Shown here piece after piece: positions 20,454 through 30,497 of a stretch of 64,000 bases of DNA (position 1 is the first letter of the stretch; the number at the start of each line of letters is the position of its first letter). The notes beneath the pieces were generated by a model. The model saw only the letters and a program-made list of their open reading frames with translations, ran no database searches and was not told the origin of the DNA. The stretch is from an uncultured bacterium (GTDB taxonomy: Bacteria; Chloroflexota; UBA5177; JANWHV01): assembly GCA_963729625.1 (NCBI GenBank), contig CAVSOU010000007.1, positions 617,705 to 681,704 on the forward strand, in the 5' to 3' direction. A program made the translations under genes and the position numbers.

Positions 20454-23099
20454 CTACTGGAAGCGGCCCAGAATCCGGTCCGGATGTGTATGGCCCAACG
20501 TATCCATATGCATGACCAATAGCGCCTTGTCGATTGGGTCGCCGATGCCCAGGGCATTGACATCGGACGGCGACGGAGGCGTCTCGTTGAAATGTATCTG
20601 GCCGGCAACACCCTGATACTTGATGCCGGCGATCGCATCGCGAAGGCTGGATCGCGTGACGGACGCCCCGACCTGCCCAATAGCCTGGCTGGTCAGCTTC
20701 ACTGCGTCATAGAAGAGCGCTGCCTCGGACGGGACGCGGGCGTAGCCGTAGCCGTTCGGCTTGCCGGGAGCGCGGAAGTTCGCGGCGTAGTCGCTCTTCA
20801 TCGCCTGGCTTACTTTCGCGGCGCTACTGCCACGTGGGAACAAGCTGTCCTCGTCCGGATAGAAGTAGCCGGTGAAGCGATAGCGGCCCTTGAACACATT
20901 GCCATAAGCGATGAACTCTGCCGGGTCGTAGAAGGCGTCGTCACTCACGACGGGCGTGGTGCGATTGCCCATCGTGTCGAGCGCCTGGCCCATGCGTAGC
21001 CCGTCGCTGGCGTAGCCGGTAAAGACGATGAGGTCCGGAACCCGGTTGAGCTGCTCGAGAATCGTCTGGTACTGCTGGGGAGACGTGCCGGCCGCGGAAG
21101 CGCTCTGCACGGTGTAGTTCTCCTGCACGAGCGTGCCCTTGCCGGCCATGTCCGCGGTGAAGATCGTGGCCAGGCCATTGCTGTAGGAATCGTTCGGATC
21201 GCGGAACACCACTATTGTGGGACTTGAGCGCTTTGCGAGAAGGGTCTGAGCATAGTTGGCCAGATCCTGGCCCTGCACGGTATCGCTTGGGCATACGCGG
21301 AAGAAGTAGGCGCTGCCGTTGAGACTGGGGTTGCTCGACGTCGGCGTGATCATCGGAATGCCCGCATCCGCCAGGTACTGGATACCGGCATTGGTGCGGC
21401 TGCTGGAGGAGTAGCCGAGGAAGGCGAGCACGTTGCTATCGGCCGCCGCCGCCTTCGCCGCTTCCACGGCGCCGCTGGCGCCGCTGGCGTCGTTCGCCAG
21501 CTCCAGCACGAGCTTATGGCCGTTGATACCGCCATTGAGATTGATCTCGTGCTGCGCGGTAAACGCTCCCTGCAGGGCGAAGCGACCGGTGGTGATCTTG
21601 GGACCACTGAATGAGCTGCCGACGGCGATCACGTAGTAGGGCTGGCCGCTGAGGAGGATGCCGGCGTTCTCGCTATAGATCTGGCTCTCGGCATCAGTCT
21701 TATCGTTCGTATACGCCTGCTGGTAGAGCGCCTGGGCTCGGCTGAGATTGCCATCTTTCCATTGCACGGAGGCGTCACGCTTGTCCTGCGCCCATGCCTG
21801 CGCGTCCGACGCGCTGCCGATGTTGTTATTGGAGGCGGTTGGTATACGCCCGCTCGTGTCGACGTCGAACGCCACCTTCCCGGTGCTGATGGCCCCGGTT
21901 GCCGGCAGTGTCGCCTGCTGCTGCTCGTAGACCATCACGCCGCCGCCCACGCCAACAAGCGCCAGCAGAACGATCGCCACGGCGATCGCCTTGGCCCGGA
22001 AGGTCGAGAGAATTCCCTTTGGCGCCAGCAGGGCGTCGACCTCGGCCTTCATCCTAGCGGCAGACTGGTAGCGATACTTGAGATCATTCTGGAGCGCTTT
22101 TTCGACGATGTGCACCGTGACGTCGGAGACGTTCGGATTGAGTGTCTTGATCGGCGGGTACGAGAACAGCGGCTCGACTCCTTGCGGATTCCGGCCCGTG
22201 AGAAGCTGGTGCGTGGTGGCTCCCAGGGCGTAGAGATCGGAGAGGGTCGACTCTTTGCCTTCGAACTGTTCGCGCGGCGCGTAGCCGGGCGTGCCCATGG
22301 CTGTCGAGGCCTTGTTCAGGCCTGCTCCCTTAGCGCCGACGCGGAAGTGGTGGGAAGCCACGCCGAAGTCGACGACGCGCACGCGGTTCGTGGCGTCGAC
22401 CACGATATTCGCGGGCTTGATATCGCGATGAATCACCTGCGGATCGAGGTTCTCGAGATAGACAAGGACCGAGAGCACCTGCGATACCCAGCCAAGCACC
22501 TGTTTCTCGGGCAGTCCCTTCCCGCCGGCTGCATCCAGCCTCTTCTGGAGATCCTCGCCGTCGATGAACTCCTGCACGATGAAGTGATAATTGTTCTGGG
22601 TAAAGAAGTCGCTGATCGCGGGAATGTTCGGGTGGCTCATCGCCGCGAGCGTTTTCATCTCCTCCTGGAATGCCTCTTCCGCTTCGACGCGTTCGGCTTC
22701 CGTAGAGTAGTTGGGGAGCATCTGTTTGATCACGACCGGCTTATCATTCACACGCGTGTCGTGCGCGAGGAAAATGCTCCCCATGCCGCCCTTGCCGAGC
22801 GGCTTCACGATGACATAGCGTCCGCCGTCGCCCAGCGCGATACCGGCCGAGAGGGCCATGCCGGTCTTGATCGCGCCTGACGCCGCGATCTGGCCTCCGA
22901 GCGGCGCCGACGTGCCGGCGGTTGGAGCCGCGGCTGCCGGCGAGCTGCCTGTAGCGGATGGCGCCGGCGCTGCGTCGGCCGGCGTGATATGGTGCGTGGG
23001 CACCTGCAACCGTTGCGTCAGGCTAATGCCGCAGCTGTCGCAGAACTTGCTCGACGCCGGGTTGACAGCTCCGCACTGTGGGCACGTATTCGTCGCCAT
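20454..23099 (-). CDS. Ser/Thr protein kinase with N-terminal zinc ribbon, TM helix and extracellular branched-chain amino acid SBP-like domain
   Basis: CPQC..CDSC; LGKGGMG, HRDIKPANI, DFG, GTPGYAP; INLNGGINGHKL and FFRVCPSD. Confidence 0.92.
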   Translation of the reverse strand: MATNTCPQCGAVNPASSKFCDSCGISLTQRLQVPTHHITPADAAPAPSATGSSPAAAAPTAGTSAPLGGQIAASGAIKTGMALSAGIALGDGGRYVIVKPLGKGGMGSIFLAHDTRVNDKPVVIKQMLPNYSTEAERVEAEEAFQEEMKTLAAMSHPNIPAISDFFTQNNYHFIVQEFIDGEDLQKRLDAAGGKGLPEKQVLGWVSQVLSVLVYLENLDPQVIHRDIKPANIVVDATNRVRVVDFGVASHHFRVGAKGAGLNKASTAMGTPGYAPREQFEGKESTLSDLYALGATTHQLLTGRNPQGVEPLFSYPPIKTLNPNVSDVTVHIVEKALQNDLKYRYQSAARMKAEVDALLAPKGILSTFRAKAIAVAIVLLALVGVGGGVMVYEQQQATLPATGAISTGKVAFDVDTSGRIPTASNNNIGSASDAQAWAQDKRDASVQWKDGNLSRAQALYQQAYTNDKTDAESQIYSENAGILLSGQPYYVIAVGSSFSGPKITTGRFALQGAFTAQHEINLNGGINGHKLVLELANDASGASGAVEAAKAAAADSNVLAFLGYSSSSRTNAGIQYLADAGIPMITPTSSNPSLNGSAYFFRVCPSDTVQGQDLANYAQTLLAKRSSPTIVVFRDPNDSYSNGLATIFTADMAGKGTLVQENYTVQSASAAGTSPQQYQTILEQLNRVPDLIVFTGYASDGLRMGQALDTMGNRTTPVVSDDAFYDPAEFIAYGNVFKGRYRFTGYFYPDEDSLFPRGSSAAKVSQAMKSDYAANFRAPGKPNGYGYARVPSEAALFYDAVKLTSQAIGQVGASVTRSSLRDAIAGIKYQGVAGQIHFNETPPSPSDVNALGIGDPIDKALLVMHMDTLGHTHPDRILGRFQ

Positions 23100-23307
23100 G
23101 AGAGAACGCCATCCCTTCGGCGGACCGGGCGGCCGCCACGCTCACTGTCACCACGCTACTCGCCATATTACAGCGTGAACGATTGCCGAGATTCCGCCCC
23201 AACTCGCTGCCGGCGAGCCGGCAGCAAGACCGGCGTCCCGGCAAGCAAATCCGGCGTGGACGTTACCGACAATAGTAGATTGACTCCGACCTGCTGTCCA
23301 GAGCAGA

Positions 23308-24282
23308 TCACCGCTCCGTATGCAGCATGCGCGGATCGAAGGCTTCGCGCAGGCCGTCGCCGACAAAGGAAAAGCAGAGCACCATCGCCGTGAGTGCCAG
23401 GCCGGGGAAGAGCGACTCCGTCCAGCTGATGTTGAGTACCTGAATGGCGTTGCTGATCATCAGGCCGATGCTGGCGCTCGGCGGTTGCACGCCGAGGCCC
23501 AGAAGGCTGAGGGTCGCTTCGTTCACGACTTGCGACGCCATATCCAGCGTGGTCACCGTCAGCACCAGGCCGAGTACATTGGGCGCGATGTGGACGAGGA
23601 CGATCCGCGCGGCGGACGATCCGCTGGCGCGGGCTGCCTCGATATAGTCGCGCTCCCGCAACGAGAGCACTTCGGCGCGCACATAGCGCGCCATGAGCGG
23701 CCAGCTAACGAGCGCCAGAGCGCCGCTGACCAGGGCCAGGCGTCCCAACCCACCGGCAGCATCGCCCACGCTCGGCCCGAACACGCCGGCAACGAGGATG
23801 GCCAGAAGCAGGCCGGGAAAGGCGAAGAGCGCGTCGGCGATGCGCGATAGCGCGAAGTCGACGGCGCCACCGTAGTAGCCTGCCGCCAGTCCGATCGGGA
23901 CGCCGAGGAGCACGTCGAGGAATTCCACACCCAGGGCCACGCCCAGCGAGACGCGGAGCCCAGCCATCAGGCGCGCGAGGATATCGATACCGTCCTTGTC
24001 GGTGCCAAGCAGATGATCCGCGCCTGGCGCGACATTGGGATTGAGATTGAAGATATCCGCGGACGTCGCGCTCTGCCCGTAGACCTGCGGTCCAATGATT
24101 GCCACCAGTACCAGCGCGATCAGCGCGCACAGCGCGGCGAGCGAGATACGATTGGCGACGAACGCCGACATGGTGCGTCGCCAGAGCGGCCGCTCGCCTC
24201 CCAGCAGCAGCCCCGCCGCGCCGCTCTTGGGATCGGGCGGCCCGGACCCCGGCACTCTGCTATCCTCGATCAAACTACCCAT
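23308..24282 (-). CDS. Peptide/nickel ABC transporter permease (OppC/DppC)
   Basis: HLLGTDKDGIDIL, DYIEAARASG EAA motif. Confidence 0.92.
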   Translation of the reverse strand: MGSLIEDSRVPGSGPPDPKSGAAGLLLGGERPLWRRTMSAFVANRISLAALCALIALVLVAIIGPQVYGQSATSADIFNLNPNVAPGADHLLGTDKDGIDILARLMAGLRVSLGVALGVEFLDVLLGVPIGLAAGYYGGAVDFALSRIADALFAFPGLLLAILVAGVFGPSVGDAAGGLGRLALVSGALALVSWPLMARYVRAEVLSLRERDYIEAARASGSSAARIVLVHIAPNVLGLVLTVTTLDMASQVVNEATLSLLGLGVQPPSASIGLMISNAIQVLNISWTESLFPGLALTAMVLCFSFVGDGLREAFDPRMLHTER

Positions 24283-24317
24283 AGCACCTGACGGCGGATC
24301 GAGCCGACTATACACAA

Positions 24318-25253
24318 CTACTCCGTGATCCGCGGATCGAGCATACGATAGAGGGTGTCGGCAAGGAGATTCATCAACACCACCACGACTGCCACGACGA
24401 TGGTCGCGCCCTCCACGACCGGATAGTCCCGCGCCTCGATGCTGTTGACGGCGGCGAAACCCACGCCGGGCAGGTTGAAGATGTTCTCCACCACAAACGT
24501 GCCGGTGACCAGGCCCCCGATCGCCGGACCGAGGAATGTGATCACCGGCAGCAATGACGGACGAAGCGCGTGGTAATAGACCAGCCGGCGACGCGAGATG
24601 CCCTTCGCGCGTGCCGCGCGAATGAACTCCTCGCGCAGCGTGCCGATCATAGTAGTGCGCGTCAGGCGCGCCAGATACGCCGCATTGCCTGCCGCGAGCA
24701 CGCCGATCGGCAGGATCGCCTGTTGAATCGTGCCCCAGTTGGCAACCGGAAGCGACGGATAGCCGTGCTGCTGCAGCCAGATGTCCACGGCCAGCAGTAA
24801 GGGGATGAGCACGAAGCTGGGCACCGAATAGAGGATCAGCACCGCGGCCATGCTCAGCCGGTCGCCTATGCGATTGTGGCGTGCCGCCGCGAAGACGCCG
24901 ACAGGCACGCCGACGGCCGTGGCAAGCAGCAGCGCCGCGATCCCGATCGTGAACGTCACCGGCAGGGCGTCCCCCAGGATGGTGGATACCGGCCGGCCGT
25001 CGTACTGGTATGAGTACCCGAAATCGCCAAAGCGGACGATACGCCATACGTAGTTGCCGTACTGCTCGAGCACCGGCTGGTCCAGGTGGTAGAAATGAAC
25101 CAGCCGGTGGTAGGTGGCAGGGTCGTACCGCAGTCCCAGGATGACCTTGATCGGATCGCCAGGCGCGGCGTGGGCGATGAGGAAGGTCATCAAGGTGACC
25201 GCGAACAGGACGAAGACCAGTCCGAACAGACGCCGGACCAGGAACGCGAGCAT
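24318..25253 (-). CDS. Peptide/nickel ABC transporter permease (OppB/DppB)
   Basis: APGDP, EEFIRAARAKG, VENIFNLPG, RDYPVV. Confidence 0.93.
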   Translation of the reverse strand: MLAFLVRRLFGLVFVLFAVTLMTFLIAHAAPGDPIKVILGLRYDPATYHRLVHFYHLDQPVLEQYGNYVWRIVRFGDFGYSYQYDGRPVSTILGDALPVTFTIGIAALLLATAVGVPVGVFAAARHNRIGDRLSMAAVLILYSVPSFVLIPLLLAVDIWLQQHGYPSLPVANWGTIQQAILPIGVLAAGNAAYLARLTRTTMIGTLREEFIRAARAKGISRRRLVYYHALRPSLLPVITFLGPAIGGLVTGTFVVENIFNLPGVGFAAVNSIEARDYPVVEGATIVVAVVVVLMNLLADTLYRMLDPRITE

Positions 25254-25260
25254 CAGGCGT

Positions 25261-26905
25261 CTATTGGACCGTGACGTCGGCCCAATTCGGCGGGATGATC
25301 AGCGATCCGCCGCCCAGCGCCGTGATCGCCAGTCCCTTCACTTTCGGATTGATCAGGACGTTCGATTTGCCCCAGTCGATCACGATGCAGCCCGCGTCAT
25401 TCATCAGTACCTGCTCCGCCTGCTGATACTTCTGGTAGCGCGCCGAACTGTCATGCGGCATGATGTCTGCCGTTTCAGTCAGCGCATCGAATTGCTTGTT
25501 GCTGTAATAGCCGTTATTGAAGGCGACGCCGCTCTGAAACTCCAGGCTCAGGAAGTCCTGCGGATCGGGGTAGTCGGCGCCCCACTGCACGGCCGAGAGA
25601 TCGAAATTGTGGTCGGTCAGGGCGTTTGTGTACGCGCCGTGCTCGAGCTGATTCAGGTGCACGGTGATACCCAGCACCTGCTTCCAGAACTCCTGCAGCG
25701 CTACGGCTTTGGTCTGGCCGTCATTGTCGCCGCCGTCCACATTCAGCGTGATGCTGGGGAAACCTTTCCCGCCCGGGTAGCCGGCCCTGGCCAGAAGCTG
25801 CCGCGCCCTGGTTGGATTGAACGTCTCGCCTACGAGCTTCATGTTGTAACCGGGCATGCCGGGCGGCAGCATCCCCGTGGCCGGCAGGAAGCGGTTGTCA
25901 AGCAACTTGACGATCGTGGCGCGGTTGACGGCATACGAGAGCGCCTGCCGCACCAGCGGATTTCCGAGCGGGCCATGATGCTCGTTGACGACGAGGAACT
26001 CGGTGAACAGTTGTGGAGTCGTGTGGAAGTCGGGCGTTCCCTGCACGTCCTTGAGGTGGTTGCCGGGGAAGTTGATCATGCCCATGATATCCAGGGCGCC
26101 GGTCTTATAGAGGTTGTACGCCGTCTCCGTGTCTTTGATAAACTCGACGACCACGCCCGCCAACTTCGGCGTGCCGCGCCAGTAGTATGGATTCGGGGCC
26201 AGATCGATCTCCTGATTGTGCTTCCACTGCTTGACGATGAATGGGCCCGTGGCCGCCGCGTGCTCCGTCCAGTTGTTTCCGTACTTCTCAACCTGGTCGC
26301 GCGGGACCAGGAAGGCGACGGAGTAGGCAAGCTCGTCGAGGAATACGGCCGCGGGCTGATCGAGCGTGATCCGCACCTTGTCGGAGCCGATCGCCATGAG
26401 ACCTTTCACCGTTTTGGCTTTTCCATTCGCCACGTCGAGACCGCCGACGACATGGCTGAGGTAGAAGCTCACGCCACCGGCAGCGTAGGCAGGACTAAAG
26501 GCACGATTTAGCGACCACACGACGTCCTGCGCCGTGACAGGCGTGCCGTCACCCCACTTCAGGCCTGGGCGAAGCGTGAACGTGTAGACCTTTCCGTCAT
26601 TCGATACAGTCCACGACGATGCCGCGTCAGGCTGCACCTTCAGGTTCTGATCCAGCCGCACAAGGCTGCCGAAGAGAAGGTTCTCCACGACATCGCTCTG
26701 CGCATCCCCTGCGCGCGGCGAGGGCGGATCGATGGACGCGAGGTCGCTTTCCCCTTCGTCCGAGATGCGCAGCACGGCGCCGGCCGCCTGCGTGTTGGCA
26801 GCACCGGCCGTCGTGATACCGCCGTGTCCCACAATAGGGCTCGTTATACCCGAGCATGAGGCCGAGCGCGGCAAGAAGGCGCAGTGCATGCGGTCGCGTA
26901 GTCAT
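25261..26905 (-). CDS. Peptide ABC transporter substrate-binding protein (OppA-like), apparent frameshift in the signal peptide near 26850
   Basis: SBP family 5 motifs (YTFTLRPGLKWGDGTPVTAQDV, WGADYPDP); MTTRPHALRLLAALGLMLG after GGAGG is one base out of frame with the mature part. Confidence 0.88.
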
Positions 26906-27107
26906 CGATGATCCTCCATTCTCACGTCTGAATCCTGTCGATGTAACCAATCGGATTAGTACAACCCGCTGAGATTACTGTACCTGACACCCGATCGAAG
27001 CTGCCACATATATATGGAAATGGCAGCTTCGTGGGGACACACCAAGATCGCATCCGGCTCGGCGGCAGCAGCGCTTTCACCTGCCGGCAGCGATCCCGGC
27101 CGAGAGT

Positions 27108-27136
27108 TTGACCGTTCCCTGTCCACCCGATACTAT
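27108..27136 (+). promoter_or_regulatory. Sigma70 promoter giving a probably leaderless mRNA
   Basis: TTGACC-17nt-TACTAT, 6 nt before ATG 27143, no SD. Confidence 0.65.
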
Positions 27137-27142
27137 GCGCGC

Positions 27143-27946
27143 ATGAGTGAGCCGGACGGTCCCGCGGAGCATGTCCTGCGCAATCGCGCCGCGTGGGATG
27201 TCATGGCGCGCGACTACGCGGCGCCGGGGCGCCGCAACTGGCAGGCAGATCCGCACTGGGGTATCTGGGGCATTCCCGAAGCGGACGCGCGGATCTTGCC
27301 CGAGGTCGCTGGGCTCGACGTGATCGAGCTGGGCTGCGGCACCGCCTACATCTCCGCTTGGCTGTCCAGGCGCGGAGCGCGCGTGACGGGCATCGATAAC
27401 TCGCCCGAACAGCTCAAGACCGCTCGCGCCCTGCAAGCCGAATTCGGGCATTCTTTCCCGCTCATCTTCGGCGACGCCGAGCATGTCCCGCTGCCCGATG
27501 CCGGCTTCGATCTGGCCATCAGCGAGTATGGCGCCAGCATCTGGTGCGACCCGTTTCGCTGGATCCCGGAAGCGGCGCGCCTGCTGCGGCCGGGTGGCCG
27601 GCTGATCTTTCTGGTCAATGGCACGATCCTCATGCTCTGTTCGCCGGATGAGGATGGCGTTCCGGCGGAGGAGCGACTGCTGCGCGACTATTTCGGCATG
27701 CATCGCTTCGAGTGGCCGGACGACGAATCGGTGGAGTTTCATCTCGGTCACGGCGATTGGATCCGGCTCCTGCGCGCAAACGACTTCGAGGTGGAGAATC
27801 TCGTCGAGCTGCAGGCGCCCGAAGGCGCCACCACCCGCTATCCCTATGTCACGCCCGAGTGGGCACGACGCTGGCCGTCCGAGGAAGTCTGGATCGCGCG
27901 CAAGCGCTTGAGGGACGATCCGGAGCGGCCGGCCACGCCAGAGTGA
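27143..27946 (+). CDS. Class I SAM-dependent methyltransferase
   Basis: VIELGCGTA, GIDNS, FDLAISEYG, LRPGGRL. Confidence 0.92.
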   Translation: MSEPDGPAEHVLRNRAAWDVMARDYAAPGRRNWQADPHWGIWGIPEADARILPEVAGLDVIELGCGTAYISAWLSRRGARVTGIDNSPEQLKTARALQAEFGHSFPLIFGDAEHVPLPDAGFDLAISEYGASIWCDPFRWIPEAARLLRPGGRLIFLVNGTILMLCSPDEDGVPAEERLLRDYFGMHRFEWPDDESVEFHLGHGDWIRLLRANDFEVENLVELQAPEGATTRYPYVTPEWARRWPSEEVWIARKRLRDDPERPATPE

Positions 27947-28112
27947 GGCGGCCGCTGCCTGGGATCGCGGCACGCATTCATTGCTCACGATGGATTCGGA
28001 TTCGGTTCTCGTTACGTGGGGATGCCTGAGCGCCGAGCAGTTCGGCGTCGGCGTGGGCGAGCCGGGGCGTGAGATATAATCGGAAACGATGTTTTGAGAG
28101 GAGACTGGTTAC

Positions 28113-28688
28113 GTGGGCAAGATGATGAGGCTCTGGCTTGCGGCAGTCATGGCGATCGCGATCGCGGGATCCGCGATGCTCCCGACGGTGGCGGCGTACG
28201 GCACACAGGCGGGCAACCCCAGCGCAGTGACGGTGATCAGGCGTTATGGCGCCGCTCTCCGCGTGGCGCCGTCCAGCGATGCGCGCGTGAAGACCATGTT
28301 GGGGTGCGGCGCTTACCTGCAGGTGATTGGAGGCAATGCCGGCTGGTACCTGGTGCGCTATGTCGACGCCGTCACTCCTTTGGAGACAGGCTGGGTAGGC
28401 AAGGCACGTGTAGGAGACAAGAACACGCCGTTGACGGTGATTTGCGCCAACGCCGTCAAATTCAATATCGGGCAGCACGTCTACACCAAGGTGGCAAGCG
28501 GCTGCCTGAGTCTGCGCGTGATAGCTTCTCGATCGGCGCTCTACCACTACTGCGTGGCGAACTACCATGACTACGTGATCGTGAATGGACCTGTCGGTGT
28601 GGGTGCCGATGACTGGTTCCAGGTAACCAGCCGATCCACCGGTACGGGGTGGGCTCTGGCGCAGTATCTCAGGCCATATAGCTCGTAG
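28113..28688 (+). CDS. Exported protein with two bacterial SH3-like domains
   Basis: Signal peptide; LRVAPS..GWYLVRY..GWV and LSLR..DWFQV..GWALAQYL. Confidence 0.75.
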   Translation: MGKMMRLWLAAVMAIAIAGSAMLPTVAAYGTQAGNPSAVTVIRRYGAALRVAPSSDARVKTMLGCGAYLQVIGGNAGWYLVRYVDAVTPLETGWVGKARVGDKNTPLTVICANAVKFNIGQHVYTKVASGCLSLRVIASRSALYHYCVANYHDYVIVNGPVGVGADDWFQVTSRSTGTGWALAQYLRPYSS

Positions 28689-28690
28689 GC

Positions 28691-28898
28691 CAGGTGGTCG
28701 GCACCTACCTTCACGGGCTCGTCGAGAACGCTGCCGCCCGTCGGGCTCTCATCGGCTGGCTTGGCGCTCGCCGCAGGCCTGCGCCTGCGGACCGGCCAGG
28801 TGCCGGCCCGGGAGCAGGAATACGATCGCCTGGCGTCGGCCGTGCGCGCGGAGCTGGACATGGCGCAGGTCTATGGCCTGCTGGAAAGAGGCGCCTGA
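28691..28898 (+). pseudogene. cobQ: Cobyric acid synthase C-terminal remnant
   Basis: VVGTYLHGL.ENAAARRAL then, frameshifted, REQEYDRLASAVRAELDMAQVY*; no N-terminal part. Confidence 0.75.
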
Positions 28899-28994
28899 GG
28901 TCGAGCGTGTGTTGTGGTCACGATGCATGCCGCAGTGACTTGCGGGAAACAACTACAGTCTGTTCAGTTCCGGTGAGGTGAAGGAAACGACAAC

Positions 28995-29675
28995 ATGCCA
29001 CAGGATAGCTTGAGCGCGCGCGACCTGCAGGTTCGGCTCGCCGTCTACCACTATATGCTCGACCATGAGCACGCGCCTGCGTGCGCCGATCTGGCCGCGG
29101 TGCTGGCAATGCCCGTAGAGGAGGCGCGGCTCTGCCTGCATCGCCTGCACGCGAATCACCTGCTCGTTCTCGAGCCCGGCACGGACACCATCCGCATGGC
29201 CCATCCCTTCTCGGCCATCCCCACCGCCTATCCGGTGCAGACCGAAGGCAAACGGCTATGGGCCAATTGTGCCTGGGACTCGCTCGGCATCCCTGCCATG
29301 CTCAGGTGTGACTCACGCACAGATACTGCGTTCACGTTCTCAGGTGAATCGACCACCTATGCCATCGAAGCCGGAAAGCTCCATGCGCCGGATGGGGGCG
29401 TCGTGCACTTTCCTCTCCCATTTGGCCGCTGGTACGACGATCTGATCCACACGTGCGCCACCATGCTCCTGTTCCGCTCTGACGCGGTCGTAGACGACTG
29501 GTGCGCTGCCACCGGCGAGCCTCGCGGCGAGACGGTGCCGTTGGCGCAGGTCTGGGCTCTCTCGCAGGCATGGTATGCCAATCGCATGGACCCGACGTAT
29601 CGGGGCCGGACAGCAGAGCAAGCCGTCGCCGTCTTCGAACAGGTAGGCTTGCGCTCCGCCTTCTGGCGCACGTAG
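28995..29675 (+). CDS. Organomercurial lyase MerB-like protein
   Basis: N-terminal HTH, MAHPFSAIPT, ANCAWD, C-terminal HTC. Confidence 0.82.
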   Translation: MPQDSLSARDLQVRLAVYHYMLDHEHAPACADLAAVLAMPVEEARLCLHRLHANHLLVLEPGTDTIRMAHPFSAIPTAYPVQTEGKRLWANCAWDSLGIPAMLRCDSRTDTAFTFSGESTTYAIEAGKLHAPDGGVVHFPLPFGRWYDDLIHTCATMLLFRSDAVVDDWCAATGEPRGETVPLAQVWALSQAWYANRMDPTYRGRTAEQAVAVFEQVGLRSAFWRT

Positions 29676-29774
29676 CAGGCAGTCGACACCGATACAGCTA
29701 TACTGGGCCCCAGTAGCAGCAAACGAACATGCCGCCAGGACCGCGCACAGGCAGCTGTAGTTGGTGCCGGAGGG

Positions 29775-29900
29775 TCAGTTGTCGTTGCCAGAGCTACAGC
29801 CGCGACCCAGGCCGATGGTCAGTCTGCCCCTCGCGGGAAACACGCACACGGGGCCATCCTTGGACAGCACAGTGCCCAGCTCTTGTTCATAGAGTTCTAT
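29775..29900 (-). pseudogene. Possible decayed cas1 5' remnant
   Basis: AAGGAG then ATA (possibly a mutated ATG) and ELYEQELGTVLSKDG, resembling the Cas1 N-terminal LYVxEQGxxLxKxG pattern; adjacent to CRISPR repeats. Confidence 0.4.
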
Positions 29901-30009
29901 CGCCAAGCTCCTTTCGGCTCGCACGCGAGGCACCCGGCGGGCTGTGCCCGGGGGACCTAATGTTGGGATCATCGCTAATGGTGCGGTATATCTCCAATTG
30001 CTTCCTGTA

Positions 30010-30171
30010 ATCGAAAGGCAGCCCTCGTCGATAGAGGATTGAAACCCTGGTTGTACCACGCCGAGAACGCCTGAGCCACAACGCGTCTAAAGGCAGCCCT
30101 CGTCGATAGAAGGATTGAAACCTCTTCCAGTGCTGCCTTGACGCGCGCATGGCCATCCACCGTCGAAAGGC
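30010..30171 (+). CRISPR. Orphan CRISPR mini-array: 2 full repeats, 1 truncated repeat, 2 spacers
   Basis: ATCGAAAGGCAGCCCTCGTCGATAGAGGATTGAAAC (30010-30045), GTCTAAAGGCAGCCCTCGTCGATAGAAGGATTGAAAC (30085-30121), GTCGAAAGGC (30162-30171); spacers 39 and 40 bp; ATTGAAAC 3' end. Confidence 0.85.
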
Positions 30172-30173
30172 GG

Positions 30174-30497
30174 TCAAGGCAAATCGAGCTGTACCCGGAT
30201 TGCCCGTTCTACTGCGAGCATGTCGCGCGGGTTCAGCGTGTCGATGCGGTTGGTCAGTCGTTCCTTGGCTACCGTGCGAATCTGATCGGCTAGCGCTTTG
30301 CTGGCTGTACCACCGACCTGCACCAGGGCTTCCCAACGATGTACGGTTGCCGTATTGCTCGTTAGGGGAACGACCTGCACTCGGTCCTGCGCTCGTGTTG
30401 CGGCGTTATTGCTCACGATCACGGCGGGACGACGCTTCTCGATTTCGCCGCCTCGTGCAGGGTCGAAGTCAACCCAGTAGACGTCGCCGCGGCGCAT
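30174..30497 (-). CDS. mazF: Type II toxin, PemK/MazF family
   Basis: MRRGDVYWVDFDPARGGEIEKRRPAVIVSN...VVPLTSN...DQIRTV. Confidence 0.95.
   Translation of the reverse strand: MRRGDVYWVDFDPARGGEIEKRRPAVIVSNNAATRAQDRVQVVPLTSNTATVHRWEALVQVGGTASKALADQIRTVAKERLTNRIDTLNPRDMLAVERAIRVQLDLP

Noticed and set aside
24283-25047. Extension of the OppC ORF to 579 aa
   Set aside because: Alternate frame over oppB with no protein-like features
30046-30054. Spacer 1 5' end (CCTGGTTGT) resembles CCTGGTCGT near the antitoxin promoter (about 30782-30790, minus strand), hinting at crRNA-guided repression
   Set aside because: Only 8 of 9 nt match with no extension; expected by chance
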